This document shows positions 39,856-49,661 of a stretch of DNA of 64,000 nt, in pieces; position 1 is the first letter of the stretch; each line of letters begins with the position of its first letter. The notes under the pieces are model-generated. The model saw only the letters and a program-made list of their open reading frames with translations, did no database searches and was not told where the DNA came from. The stretch is from contig CBDCSU010000006.1 in the NCBI GenBank assembly GCA_965221775.1, positions 768,001 to 832,000 of the forward strand. The letters are read 5' to 3'. The position numbers and the translations under genes are program-made. This DNA is from Candidatus Latescibacterota bacterium (lineage in GTDB: Bacteria; Latescibacterota; UBA2968; UBA8231).

Positions 39856-41082
39856 ATGGCCCTGCTCAACGAGCACTACCTGAAGCTCGCCGCCGGCTAC
39901 CTGTTCCCCGAGATCGGCCGCCGCACCGCCGCCTTCGCCGAGGCCAACCCGGGCGCCGACGTCATCCGCATGGGCATCGGCGACGTGGTGCGCGGCCTCC
40001 CCCGGCCGGTGGCCGAGGCGATGAAGGCCGCCTGCGAGGAGATGGCCCACGACGAGAGCTTCCACGGCTACCCGCCCGCCCGCGGCTACGACTTCCTCCT
40101 CGAGGCGATCGCCGGGCACGAGTTCCGGTGCCGCGGCGTCCCCGTCGACGCCGACGAGATCTTCCTCTCCGACGGCTCCAAGTGCGACTCCGCCAACATC
40201 CAGGAGATCTTCGGCCTCGACCAGAGGGTGGCCCTCACCGACCCGGTCTACCCCGTCTACTGCGACTCCAACGTCATGGCGGGGCGCACCGGCGCCGCCG
40301 ACGAGCAGGGCCGCTACGAGGGGCTCGTCTACCTGCCCTGCACGGCCGACAACGGCTTCCGCCCGCCCCTGCCCGACGGCCACGTGGACCTCGTCTACCT
40401 GTGCTCGCCGAACAACCCCACCGGCGCCGTGATGACCCGCCAGGACCTGGCCGCCTGGGTCGAGTACGCCCGCCGCGAGGGCGCCGTCCTGCTCTTCGAC
40501 GCCGCGTACGAGGCCTACGTCACCGATCCGGCGATCCCCCGGTCGATCTACGAGATCGACGGCGCCCGGGAGGTGGCCGTCGAGATGCGCTCGTTCTCCA
40601 AGACGGCGGGCTTCACCGGCGTGCGCTGCGCCTTCACCGTCGTGCCGAAGGAGCTGATGGGGTACACCGCCGCGGGCGAGGCCGTGCCCCTCCACGGGCT
40701 GTGGGACCGCCGCCAGTCGACCAAGTACAACGGCGTCTCCTATCCCGTGCAGAAGGGGGCCGCGGCCTGCTACACCCCCGAGGGCCAGGCGGCGGTGCGC
40801 GACCTCGTCGGCTTCTACCAGGAGAACGCCCGGCTCATGAAGGCCGACCTCGACGACGCCGGCTACACCGTTCACGGCGCCGACAACGCCCCCTACCTGT
40901 GGATCGCCTGCCCCGAGGGCGCCGACAGCTGGGGCTTCTTCGACCGCCTGCTGCAGGAAGCCCACGTGGTCTGCACCCCGGGGGCCGGCTTCGGCGCCGC
41001 CGGCGAGGGCTACGTGCGCCTCTCCGCCTTCCAGCAGCGCCCCCTGGTGGAGGAAGCCCTGGCCCGCATCCGCGCTCTGTAG
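39856..41082 (+). CDS. dapL: LL-diaminopimelate aminotransferase
   Basis: [33 protein letters not shown]. Confidence 0.95.
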   Translation: MALLNEHYLKLAAGYLFPEIGRRTAAFAEANPGADVIRMGIGDVVRGLPRPVAEAMKAACEEMAHDESFHGYPPARGYDFLLEAIAGHEFRCRGVPVDADEIFLSDGSKCDSANIQEIFGLDQRVALTDPVYPVYCDSNVMAGRTGAADEQGRYEGLVYLPCTADNGFRPPLPDGHVDLVYLCSPNNPTGAVMTRQDLAAWVEYARREGAVLLFDAAYEAYVTDPAIPRSIYEIDGAREVAVEMRSFSKTAGFTGVRCAFTVVPKELMGYTAAGEAVPLHGLWDRRQSTKYNGVSYPVQKGAAACYTPEGQAAVRDLVGFYQENARLMKADLDDAGYTVHGADNAPYLWIACPEGADSWGFFDRLLQEAHVVCTPGAGFGAAGEGYVRLSAFQQRPLVEEALARIRAL

Positions 41083-41243
41083 CCCGGTCCGCCTGAGCGC
41101 CTTGCGAGCCAGGCGCTCGACACCCTCCTCCGGCGCGAACCTGCGCCCGAGGCACTGCCTCGATCCCGCCGCCGCCTCGCTCTCGCGCCGCTCGGGCCGC
41201 CCTCGGCCGTCCCGCGCCGTCTCCCCCGGGTGTTCACACGGGC

Positions 41244-41303
41244 TTGACAGACGCTCCAAGCCCAATTACTGTACATCGATTAAGGAAGAATTACATAATT
41301 CTT
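41244..41303 (+). promoter_or_regulatory. Sigma70 promoter and palindromic operator upstream of RHH-nadA
   Basis: TTGACA(41244)-17 nt-TACTGT(41267); perfect AAGAATTA-ca-TAATTCTT (41286-41303). Confidence 0.65.
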
Positions 41304-41333
41304 GCGGTTTCCACTCCTCCTCCAAGAGTATCC

Positions 41334-41552
41334 ATGCCCGCCGCACCAAAGCCCAAGAGCGACCGTTCCCGGCCGCGGACCTTCTCGGCCCACGACCGCG
41401 ACTTCCACATGCTGGAGGCGGTCGCCCGCTACCACGGCAGCAGCAAGAGCGCCATGATCACCGGCCTCATCCGCAAGGAGTTCTGGCGCGTCTTCCCCAA
41501 CGGCACCGAGAGCGTCCCCCCCGACGCGGGGGCGAAGGTGAGCGAGCCATGA
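41334..41552 (+). CDS. Small putative ribbon-helix-helix DNA-binding protein
   Basis: 72 aa; beta-strand-like RPRTFSA, helix, G-x-S-K-S turn, helix (LEAVARYHGSSKSAMITGLIRKE); ATGA-coupled to nadA. Confidence 0.65.
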   Translation: MPAAPKPKSDRSRPRTFSAHDRDFHMLEAVARYHGSSKSAMITGLIRKEFWRVFPNGTESVPPDAGAKVSEP

Positions 41553-42529
41553 CCCAGGTTGCCCCCCCCGCCGGCCAGACCCGCTTCGAGCACATCCCCG
41601 ACGAGGAGCTGATCGAACAGATCGACCGCCTCCGGGTGGAGAAGAACGCGGTGATCCTGGCCCACAACTACCAGATCCCGCCGATCCAGGATCTCGCCGA
41701 CGTCACCGGCGATTCCCTGGGGCTGTCGGTGGAGGCCTCGCGCACCGACGCCGACATCATCGTGTTCTGCGGCGTCCACTTCATGGCCGAGTCGGCCAAG
41801 ATCCTCAGCCCTCGCAAGCGCGTCTTCCTGCCCCACCTCGGGGCCGGCTGCGCGCTCTCCGACTCGATCACCGTGGAGAGCCTCTACGAGTGGAAGGAGC
41901 GCTACCCCGACCACGCCGTGGTCACCTACGTCAACTCCTCGGCGGAGGTGAAGGCCGAGTCCGACATCTGCTGCACCTCGGCCAACGCCGTCTCCGTGGT
42001 GCGCAGCCTCGACTCCGACCGCGTCCTGTTCACGCCCGACAAGAACCTGGCCCGCTGGGTGGCGGACCAGGTGCCCGAGAAGGAGGTCGTCGCCTACGAC
42101 GGCGTCTGCCCCACCCACGACGTGCTGCGCCACGCCACCGTCGACCGCACCCGCAAGGAGTTCCCCGAGGCCGTCATCATCGCCCATCCGGAGTGCCGCC
42201 AGGACGTGGTCGAGGCCGCCCACGAGGTCTGCTCGACGACGGGCATGCTCAACGCCGTCGGCAAGTACCCCGAGGCGCGGACCTTCATCATCGCCACCGA
42301 GGAGGGGATGATCCACCAACTGAGAAAGCGCTATCCCGGCAAGGAGTTCGTCCCCGCCGACGGCTGCATCGGCTGCCGGCTGCACTGCCCCTACATGAAG
42401 GTCACGGGGCTGCAGGACGTGTACTTCTCGCTGGCGGAGGAGCGCTTCGAGATCGACCTCGACGACGACGTCATCGAGGGGGCCCGCCTGTCTCTCGAAC
42501 GCATGATGGCGGTGCCGCGGGACAACTGA
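41549..42529 (+). CDS. nadA: Quinolinate synthase
   Basis: ILAHNYQ, GDSL, FCGVHFMAE, YVNS, CCTS.NA, AHPEC, CPYMK. Confidence 0.96.
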   Translation: MTQVAPPAGQTRFEHIPDEELIEQIDRLRVEKNAVILAHNYQIPPIQDLADVTGDSLGLSVEASRTDADIIVFCGVHFMAESAKILSPRKRVFLPHLGAGCALSDSITVESLYEWKERYPDHAVVTYVNSSAEVKAESDICCTSANAVSVVRSLDSDRVLFTPDKNLARWVADQVPEKEVVAYDGVCPTHDVLRHATVDRTRKEFPEAVIIAHPECRQDVVEAAHEVCSTTGMLNAVGKYPEARTFIIATEEGMIHQLRKRYPGKEFVPADGCIGCRLHCPYMKVTGLQDVYFSLAEERFEIDLDDDVIEGARLSLERMMAVPRDN

Positions 42530-42552
42530 GGGGCCGCCTCATCCGGGTATCG

Positions 42553-42948
42553 TCACGGTTGAGCCTTCTCCTCCATGATCTGGATCAGGTTGCCGCAGGT
42601 ATCGTCGAAGACTGCGGTAATGACAGTCCCCAGGTCGGTTGGCGGCTGCACGAATCGCACACCTTTCGCCACGAGACGCTCGTGCTCGGCTCCGACATCG
42701 TCGACCGCGAAGGAGGTATAGGGGATCCCGTCCTCCACGAGCGCCTTCCTGAACGGGCCTACTGCGGGGTGTTCAGCAGGCTCAAGCACCAACTCCGTCC
42801 CCTCCGGAGCTTCCTCGGACACCACGGTGATCCACGAGTGCCCTCCGAGAGGGATGTTGTGCTTTAGACGAAAACCAAGCGTTTCCGTGTAGAAGCGAAG
42901 TGCCTTCTGCTGATCGTCCACGACGACGCTGGTCAGGTTGATTCTCAT
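42553..42948 (-). CDS. VOC/glyoxalase family protein
   Basis: VDDQQKALRFYT, DDTCGNLIQI. Confidence 0.92.
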   Translation of the reverse strand: MRINLTSVVVDDQQKALRFYTETLGFRLKHNIPLGGHSWITVVSEEAPEGTELVLEPAEHPAVGPFRKALVEDGIPYTSFAVDDVGAEHERLVAKGVRFVQPPTDLGTVITAVFDDTCGNLIQIMEEKAQP

Positions 42949-43232
42949 TCCTCAATCTCCTCGTCTGTTGAGACCGGCCACCGCTCCCCGATGGCCTTCA
43001 GCGGCGCGCCCACGAACCAGTGGAGCTTCGACCTCCCCTCGCGCCTCGTGCGAATGAGCCCGGCGGCTTCCAGGACGTCCAGGTGTTGCGAGATCGCTTG
43101 CCGCGAGGAGCAGATGCCGTGTTTCATGGTCAGGCGCCCACAAAGCTCGAAGAGCGATTGACCCGACCGATCCACGAGTTCATCCAGGATGGCCCGCCTG
43201 GTTCGGTCAGCGATCGCTCGATAGATGTCCAC
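42945..43232 (-). CDS. ArsR/SmtB family transcriptional regulator
   Basis: AIADRTRRAIL, SRQAISQHLDVLE.AGL. Confidence 0.9.
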   Translation of the reverse strand: MDIYRAIADRTRRAILDELVDRSGQSLFELCGRLTMKHGICSSRQAISQHLDVLEAAGLIRTRREGRSKLHWFVGAPLKAIGERWPVSTDEEIEE

Positions 43233-43274
43233 ATGTCAGTCCAAGGCAGGTGTTCGCTTGCATGTCGAGGCTCG

Positions 43275-43304
43275 ATAATATGCAAGCATGGGGTTGCATG
43301 TCAA
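43275..43304 (-). promoter_or_regulatory. Promoter with ArsR-type operator
   Basis: Minus-strand TTGACA-18 nt-TATTAT; palindrome ATGCAA-N8-TTGCAT (43280-43299). Confidence 0.55.
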
Positions 43305-43392
43305 CAGTGAGCTTCGCACCGCGCCGCACGGCGACCGCGGCCGGAACCGATCCCGGCGCGGCCAGCGCGGCGGCGAGGCGCACGACCGCCTT

Positions 43393-43569
43393 CTACACGG
43401 GCGAATCCGCCGGGCCCGCCTGAGGGTCAGCCGCCGCCGGGAGGCACGAGAAGCCCCGCTCGGCGAAGTGATCGTCGAAGGCGAAGGCCTGGCGCAGCCC
43501 TGCGCGGGCCATCACCGCAAAGCTGACGCAGTCCACGAGGCTCAGCCCCCGGCGGCCGGCGAAGACCAT
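43393..43569 (-). pseudogene. VapC/PIN toxin remnant (internal deletion)
   Basis: MVF fused directly to PIN C-terminus GLSLVDCVSFAVM...AFAFDDHF.ERGF; only 58 aa. Confidence 0.75.
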
Positions 43570-43814
43570 CAGCCGCGGTAGGCTTCACCCAGACAGCGGT
43601 CATGTCCCTCGGCCCCGTCGCCGCCTCCGGAACGGAACCGGCCGGCCGCCGAGACCGCCCGGTCCGCGCGCTCGGCATCGATGGTCTCCGCCGAACGCAG
43701 CAGCAGATCCACCCCCTCGCGAATCACCGTCGCCATGGAAACCCGCCGCTCGGCGGCGATCCGCTTGACGCGCCGCGCCTGGTCTTCGGTCAGCCGGACC
43801 TGTGTTCGGACCAT
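43569..43814 (-). CDS. RHH/CopG-type antitoxin (VapB-like)
   Basis: MVRTQVRLTEDQ...RRVSMATVIREGVD, GRFRSG..D..E.HD..L; TGATG-coupled to the PIN remnant. Confidence 0.8.
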   Translation of the reverse strand: MVRTQVRLTEDQARRVKRIAAERRVSMATVIREGVDLLLRSAETIDAERADRAVSAAGRFRSGGGDGAEGHDRCLGEAYRG

Positions 43815-43985
43815 CTCGAACAGCTCCCTGTTCATCACGTGGGGCTCCATGATAGCAGATCTTCCCCTCGAAGGGACATGATCCTGGGGGAATCGACCCG
43901 TCGCCGAAGTAACAAACCGTGCTCTGAGTCGTTCTATGGGTGTGGCCACGTGGGATCCGTTCCTCCCCCGCACCAAGGAGATGGG

Positions 43986-44507
43986 ATGCACGTAGAACAG
44001 GCGCTCGAGCGATACGGTCCTCTGGTCATGAGCCTGATCTGGCGGATCAATCAGAACCGGGAGGAAACCGCCGATCTCTACCAGGAGGTATTCGTCAAGT
44101 ACCACGTCACCACCAGCGAGGCCGGTCCTCTGCAACAGCCCAAGTCGTGGCTGTGCCGCACGGCGATCAATGCCGCCATCGACTTCAGCCGCCAGCGGGC
44201 CCGCTTGTGTCCCTGGACGGAACCGGCGCAGGAACCTCACAGCCGGGAGGCGGAGGATGCGGTCGACAGGGGGCTGATGGTCGAAACGATCCGGCGCCTC
44301 GCTTTGGATCTGCCCGAACGCCGCAGAGAGGTCTTCATCCTGCGGTACTTCCAGGGCTGCTCCTTCGAGCAGATCGCCCGGATCCTGGACTGCTCGGAGG
44401 GCGCGGCTCGCGCAGCTGCCTTTCAAGCCGCCAGACAGATCCGGGAGCGGCTCTCAGCCGACGAGTCACGCGAAGCACCGAACCTCGAGAAGGAGGCCTG
44501 CAGATGA
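43986..44507 (+). CDS. ECF sigma-70 factor
   Basis: ADLYQEVFVK, SWLCRTAIN.AIDF, LPERRREVFILRY..GCSFEQIA; RBS AAGGAG. Confidence 0.9.
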   Translation: MHVEQALERYGPLVMSLIWRINQNREETADLYQEVFVKYHVTTSEAGPLQQPKSWLCRTAINAAIDFSRQRARLCPWTEPAQEPHSREAEDAVDRGLMVETIRRLALDLPERRREVFILRYFQGCSFEQIARILDCSEGAARAAAFQAARQIRERLSADESREAPNLEKEACR

Positions 44508-45238
44508 TCACGACCAGCCAGTTCCAGGAGAGACTGATCGAGTACCTCGACGGCGAGCTGCCGGAGGCCGAGCGCAGGGAGGTGGAGGAGTACCTGCGGG
44601 CCCACCCCGAGGCCGCCCGGCTCAAGGGAGACCTGGCCCTGTTGAGCGAGGCAGGCCGGTCAATCCGCGAGTCCAGCTATCCCGCGGATCTGCTCCTGGA
44701 GGCCAACCGGGCCCTGGCCGCCCGCCTGGCCGCCCGGAGCAGTGAAGCGGCTTCGTCGCGCGGAGCGGCACCGGCCTTCTCCGGCAACGGTTCGCCAGAG
44801 ATGCCTGGCTCGAGCCCGGCGCCGCACCGTCGGCGTTGGCGTCCGCGCTCCCTTGCCGCCGTCCTCGCCGGCGTGGCGATCCTGCTCGCCGGGGCCGCCA
44901 GCCAGAGGGCGGCGATCGCCGAGGTCGCCAGCAGCCTCCTGCATCGGATCAGTGTCAACCTTGACGGTGACGGCGAGATCGAGGTGACCATTGACGGCGA
45001 GCCGGTCGAGGTCAGGGAAATTGAGAGCGGTGACGGAGGGTTCATCATAGTGGTCCACGACGACGACAACGGGATCGATCATCACCTTGAAGACCTGATC
45101 CGTCGGACCATTGACGGCGAGACCGCCGAGCTCCTGTTCCCCGCCGGAAAGACGGGCGCCGGTTCGCCGGACGTACCCGCTCAGAGCTGGGGCGAGGTCA
45201 AGGAGGCCGTCGATCCGGCGGTCAAGGCCTCCCCCTGA
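44504..45238 (+). CDS. Membrane-anchored anti-sigma factor
   Basis: ATGA overlap; LIEYLDGELPEAERREVEEYL N-domain, one TM segment, acidic extracytoplasmic part ending in SWGEVK. Confidence 0.8.
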   Translation: MITTSQFQERLIEYLDGELPEAERREVEEYLRAHPEAARLKGDLALLSEAGRSIRESSYPADLLLEANRALAARLAARSSEAASSRGAAPAFSGNGSPEMPGSSPAPHRRRWRPRSLAAVLAGVAILLAGAASQRAAIAEVASSLLHRISVNLDGDGEIEVTIDGEPVEVREIESGDGGFIIVVHDDDNGIDHHLEDLIRRTIDGETAELLFPAGKTGAGSPDVPAQSWGEVKEAVDPAVKASP

Positions 45239-45345
45239 TCGGGGGAGTTCAGCCAGCCGACGCCTGACGACAGCAGAGAGTACGATTCCGGCGGGATGGG
45301 CCCTGCCTGCGTGCCAGGGCCTGTCCCGCGGTGCCGTTTGTGGCG

Positions 45346-45463
45346 CTATTCCGGAAGAACCACCTCGACCTCGGTGAACTTCTCCAGGCCCCGGTCGAAG
45401 CTCACCAGGGTCAGACCCGCGGCAGCTGCGAACGCCGCCGGGCAGGCGTCGCTCAAGGTACAC
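45346..45463 (-). pseudogene. VapC/PIN toxin remnant (large out-of-frame deletion)
   Basis: GTG-TAC-CTT start joined out of frame to SDACPAAFAAAAGLTLVSFDRGLEKF, a PIN C-terminal motif. Confidence 0.6.
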
Positions 45464-45701
45464 CCGAGTCTTCCGCCTCCAGGATGCGGCTGATGTCGTC
45501 GGAGCCCAGGTCCACCGACCCCGGACGGCTGGAGGGAACCAGGGGGAACCGCAGCCGGCGGCCGGGTCCCCTCCCCGCGTCGCGGCCTAGCTTATCCTCG
45601 AGAGCTTCCGTGACGAAGGTCTCGAGGCTCTTGCCTTGAAGGGACGCGGCAGCCTTCGCGCGGCGAAGGATGTGGTCGGGAACATCGATCCTGGCTGGCA
45701 T
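45453..45701 (-). CDS. RHH-type antitoxin (VapB-like)
   Basis: IDVPDHILRRAK.AA.LQGKSLETFVTEALE. Confidence 0.75.
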   Translation of the reverse strand: MPARIDVPDHILRRAKAAASLQGKSLETFVTEALEDKLGRDAGRGPGRRLRFPLVPSSRPGSVDLGSDDISRILEAEDSGVP

Positions 45702-45783
45702 TCCCCTAATGTACGGCACTACCGAGGGCTGCCGTCGACAAGCCGGCCGCGCCCTGGATCTCCGATCCGGACCACGAGGGAAA

Positions 45784-46341
45784 ATGACGGAAGCGAAGAG
45801 CATCTGCGTGTACTGCGGCTCCAAGTCCGGCCTCGGCAAGACCTACCTCCGCGAGGCCGAAGCGCTGGGCGGGGCCATCGCCCGGCGCAGAATGGGGCTG
45901 GTCTACGGCGGCGGCAACGTGGGGCTCATGGGGGCCGTCGCCCGATCCGCCCTGGAGGCCGGAGGCAGCGTCGTCGGCGTCATCCCGCGCACCCTCGAGG
46001 AGAGGGAGCTGGCCCAACGCGAGGTGCACGAGCTGATCGTGACCGACGACATGCACGAGCGCAAGGCGATCATGGCCCGGCGCGCCGACGCCTTCCTGGC
46101 TCTGCCGGGCGGGTACGGCACAATGGAGGAGTTGTTCGAAGCCCTGGCGTGGTCGCAGCTCGGCTTCCACGCCAAGCCCGTGGGGCTGCTCAACACGGCC
46201 GGCTACTTCGACCCCCTGGTGCGATTCCTCGACCAGGCGGTGGAGCGCGGGTTCCTGCGGCCGAAGGACCGGGCCCTGCTGCAGGTGGAGGCGGAGGCCG
46301 AGGCCCTCGTGCAAGCCCTGGCCGAGCGGGTTGGTGCGTGA
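45784..46341 (+). CDS. LOG family nucleotide phosphoribohydrolase
   Basis: VYCGS, YGGG..GLMG, MHERK, PGGYGTMEE. Confidence 0.93.
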   Translation: MTEAKSICVYCGSKSGLGKTYLREAEALGGAIARRRMGLVYGGGNVGLMGAVARSALEAGGSVVGVIPRTLEERELAQREVHELIVTDDMHERKAIMARRADAFLALPGGYGTMEELFEALAWSQLGFHAKPVGLLNTAGYFDPLVRFLDQAVERGFLRPKDRALLQVEAEAEALVQALAERVGA

Positions 46342-46347
46342 CCGGCC

Positions 46348-47661
46348 TCAGAGATAGCCGTTGATCACGTTCTCCAGCCACTCCTCGCGACCGCTGATCC
46401 TGGCGGCCTCGCCGTGCTCGTGGACGTACGCCTCCATGTCGGCCAGGGTCGCCTCGCCCCTCAGGATCCTGCGCCCGATCCCCCGCCGCCAGCCGGCGTA
46501 GCGGCGCTTCACGAAGTCGCCCACCACCCCGTCCTCGAGGATCCGCGCCGCCGTCTTCAGCCCCCGGGCGAAGGCGTCCATGCCGCCGATGTGGGCGTGG
46601 AAGAGGTCCTCCACGTCGAAGGATCCGCGCCGCACCTTGGCGTCGAAGTTGACGCCCCCCGTCCTCAGCCCGCCCTGACGCAGGATGACCATCATCGCGT
46701 AGGTCGTGCCGTAGAGGTCGGTGGGGAACTGGTCCGTGTCCCAGCCGAGGAGGAGGTCGCCGCGGTTGGCGTCGATGCTGCCGAGGCAGCCCTCGGCGGC
46801 GGCCACGGTCAGGTCGTGCTCGAAGGTGTGGCCCGCCAGGGTGGCGTGGTTGGCCTCGAGGTTGAGCTTGAAGTCGTCGAGCAGGTCGTGGGCGCGGAGG
46901 AAGCCGAGGACGGTGGCCGCGTCGTAGTCGTACTGGTGCTTGGTCGGCTCCTTCGGCTTCGGCTCGACCAGCAGCGTGCCCCGGAAGCCGATCTCCTTCT
47001 TGTAGTCGGCGGCCATGCGCAACAGCCGCGCCATCTGCTCCTGCTCCTGCTTCAGGTCGGTGTTGAGGAGATTGGAGTAGCCCTCGCGGCCTCCCCAGAA
47101 CACGTAGTTGGCGCCGCCCAGGGCCTGGGTGCACTCCATGCACTTCTTGATCTGCGCCCCGGCCCAGGCGAAGACGTGGGGGTCGGGGTTGGTGCCGGCG
47201 CCGTGGGTGAAGCGCGCGTTGGAGAAACAGTTCGACGTGCCCCACAGCAGCTTCACCCCCGTCTCCCGCTGCAGGGAGGCGGCCAGCTTCACCATGCGGT
47301 CGAGGCGTTCGTTCGTCTCCCTCAGGCTCTCCCCCTCGGGGGAGATGTCGCGGTCGTGGAAGGCCCAGAACGGCACCCCGAGCTTGGTGAAGAACTCGAA
47401 GGCGGCGCGCATCGTCTCCTCCGCCGCCTCCATGGGGTCGCTGGAGGTCTCCCAGGGCCGGTCGTAGACCGGGGAGGGTCCGAAAGGGTCGATGCCGCCC
47501 CCCTTCATGGTGTGCCAGTAGACGACGGAGAAGCGCAGGTGTTGCTCCATGGTGCGGCGGCCGACCTTCTCCGCCGGGTCGTAGTGCCGGAAAGCCAGGG
47601 GGTTGTCCGTCTCCGGCCCTTCGTACTCCACCTTTCCGATGCCCTCGAAGTACTCCTTCAT
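46348..47661 (-). CDS. xylA: Xylose isomerase (class II)
   Basis: YWHT, FHDRD, WGGREGY, EPKPKEP, GWDTDQF, NFDAK. Confidence 0.96.
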   Translation of the reverse strand: MKEYFEGIGKVEYEGPETDNPLAFRHYDPAEKVGRRTMEQHLRFSVVYWHTMKGGGIDPFGPSPVYDRPWETSSDPMEAAEETMRAAFEFFTKLGVPFWAFHDRDISPEGESLRETNERLDRMVKLAASLQRETGVKLLWGTSNCFSNARFTHGAGTNPDPHVFAWAGAQIKKCMECTQALGGANYVFWGGREGYSNLLNTDLKQEQEQMARLLRMAADYKKEIGFRGTLLVEPKPKEPTKHQYDYDAATVLGFLRAHDLLDDFKLNLEANHATLAGHTFEHDLTVAAAEGCLGSIDANRGDLLLGWDTDQFPTDLYGTTYAMMVILRQGGLRTGGVNFDAKVRRGSFDVEDLFHAHIGGMDAFARGLKTAARILEDGVVGDFVKRRYAGWRRGIGRRILRGEATLADMEAYVHEHGEAARISGREEWLENVINGYL

Positions 47662-48527
47662 GGACTGTTCTCCTCCGGTTCGGGGGTCACGTACGCCGCG
47701 GTGATGCCGCCGTCCACGTTGAAGGCGGTACCGGTGACGAAGGAGGACTCGTCCGACGCCAGGTAGAGGGCCGCGTCGGCGATCTCCCCGGCCTCCCCGA
47801 AGCGGCCCATGGGGATGTGGACGAGGCGCCGCTGCCGCTTGCTCTCGGTGTCGAGGTACTTCATCAGCAGTTCCGTGCGCAGCGGCCCCGGGCACAGGGC
47901 GTTGACGCGGATGCCCTCGCGGGCGTGGACCACGGCCAGCTCCCGCGTGAGGGCGAGGACCCCGCCCTTGCTGGCCGTGTACGCCAGCTGCGGCACCGCC
48001 GCCCCCAAGAGGGCGACGAAGGAGGCGGTGTTGATGATCGAGCCGCCGCCGGCGCGCCGCAGGGCCGGCACCCCGTGCTTGCACCCCAGGAAGACGCCCT
48101 TGAGGTTGACGGCCATCGTCAGGTCCCAGACGGCCTCCTCCGTGTCCACGGCGTCGGCGTCGGCGGCGTGGGAGATGCCGGCGTTGTTGAACAGCACGTG
48201 GAGGGCGCCGAACTCCGCCTCCGCCCGGGCGACCATGGCGGCGCAGTCACTCCCGCGCGAGACATCGGCCTTCACGAAGAGGGCCCGGCCTCCGCTGGCG
48301 GCGACCTCCTCCACGACCGCCTGCCCGGCCGCGGCGTTCACGTCGACGGCGGCGACCCGGGCTCCCTCGGCGGCGAACCTCAGGGCCGCCTGACGCCCGA
48401 TGCCGCTGCCGGCGCCCGTGATCAGGGCCACCTTGCCGCTCAGCCGGCCGGGCGCGGCCGGTCCGGCGGCGGCGTGGTCCCTCCGGGATCTTTCAGAGTC
48501 GGGATGTCGCGGGGTAGGGTGAGCCAC
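47658..48527 (-). CDS. SDR family oxidoreductase (start uncertain)
   Basis: TGAGSGIG, NNAG, YTASKG, VDGG; overlaps the xylA start. Confidence 0.88.
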   Translation of the reverse strand: MAHPTPRHPDSERSRRDHAAAGPAAPGRLSGKVALITGAGSGIGRQAALRFAAEGARVAAVDVNAAAGQAVVEEVAASGGRALFVKADVSRGSDCAAMVARAEAEFGALHVLFNNAGISHAADADAVDTEEAVWDLTMAVNLKGVFLGCKHGVPALRRAGGGSIINTASFVALLGAAVPQLAYTASKGGVLALTRELAVVHAREGIRVNALCPGPLRTELLMKYLDTESKRQRRLVHIPMGRFGEAGEIADAALYLASDESSFVTGTAFNVDGGITAAYVTPEPEENSP

Positions 48528-48662
48528 GGCGAAGCAGTGTACCGGGGGGCCGGAGGGCATGCAAGCTGGCCGCCGCATGGGCCAGGCCGTTGATTCAGCA
48601 CCGCAGGCGAGAGGGCCTGCAAGCCACCCGCCCCCATGGGCAGCCCCGGGAGAAGCACGCCA

Positions 48663-49652
48663 ATGCTGGGCATGACCCTGACCCGGTTCATCATCGAGCA
48701 GCAGCGCCAGTTCCCCGGCGTGTCCGGGCGCTTCACCGCCCTGCTGGAAGGGATCACCACCGCCGCCAAGATCATCGGCCGCGAGGTGAACAAGGCGGGC
48801 CTGGCCGAGACCATGGGCCTCACGGGGCGCATCAACGTCCACGGCGAGCAGGTGCAGAAGCTCGACGAGTTCGCCAACGTCACCATCATCCAGGCCCTCG
48901 ACCACACCGGGCTGCTGGCGGCCATGGCCTCGGAGGAGATGGAGGACTTCTACCCGATCCCGGACCCCCACGCCCGGGGCCCCTACATCCTCGTCTTCGA
49001 CCCCGTGGACGGCTCCTCGAACATCGACGTGAACGTCAGCATCGGCACCATCTTCTCCATCTACCGCCCGCCCGGCTCGGCCGCCGCCACCGCCGAGAGC
49101 TTCCTGCGGCCGGGGCGCGAGCAGCTGTGCGCCGGGTACTTCGTCTACGGGTCGAGCACGATGCTGGTCTACACCACCGGCCGCGGCGTCCACGGCTTCA
49201 CCCTGGACCCGACGATCGGCGAGTTCCTGCTCTCCCACGAGAGCATCCGCATCCCGGAGCGGGGCGCCATCTACAGCGTCAACGAGGGCAACGCCGGCGG
49301 CTGGAGCGGCGGTGTGCGCGCCTACGTGGACAGCCGCAAGGAGCAAGGCTGCTCGGCGCGCTACATCGGCTCCCTGGTCTCCGACTTCCACCGCAACCTG
49401 CTCAAGGGCGGCGTCTTCCTCTACCCGGGCGACCGCAAGTCCCCCGGGGGCAAGCTGCGCCTGCTCTACGAGGCCAGTCCCCTGGCCTTCATCGCCGAGC
49501 AGGCCGGCGGCGGCGCCTCCGACGGCCGCGGGCCGATCCTCGACCGGGTGCCCGCGACCCTGCACGAGCGGGTGCCCCTGGCCATCGGCAGCCGCCTGGA
49601 CGTGGAGGAGTTCGAGGCGGCGGTGAGCGGCGAAGACCCCCGCGGTTCCTGA
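48663..49652 (+). CDS. fbp: Fructose-1,6-bisphosphatase class 1
   Basis: DPVDGSSNID, RYIGSLVSD.HR, KLRLLYEA. Confidence 0.95.
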   Translation: MLGMTLTRFIIEQQRQFPGVSGRFTALLEGITTAAKIIGREVNKAGLAETMGLTGRINVHGEQVQKLDEFANVTIIQALDHTGLLAAMASEEMEDFYPIPDPHARGPYILVFDPVDGSSNIDVNVSIGTIFSIYRPPGSAAATAESFLRPGREQLCAGYFVYGSSTMLVYTTGRGVHGFTLDPTIGEFLLSHESIRIPERGAIYSVNEGNAGGWSGGVRAYVDSRKEQGCSARYIGSLVSDFHRNLLKGGVFLYPGDRKSPGGKLRLLYEASPLAFIAEQAGGGASDGRGPILDRVPATLHERVPLAIGSRLDVEEFEAAVSGEDPRGS

Positions 49653-49661
49653 GGAGATCCC

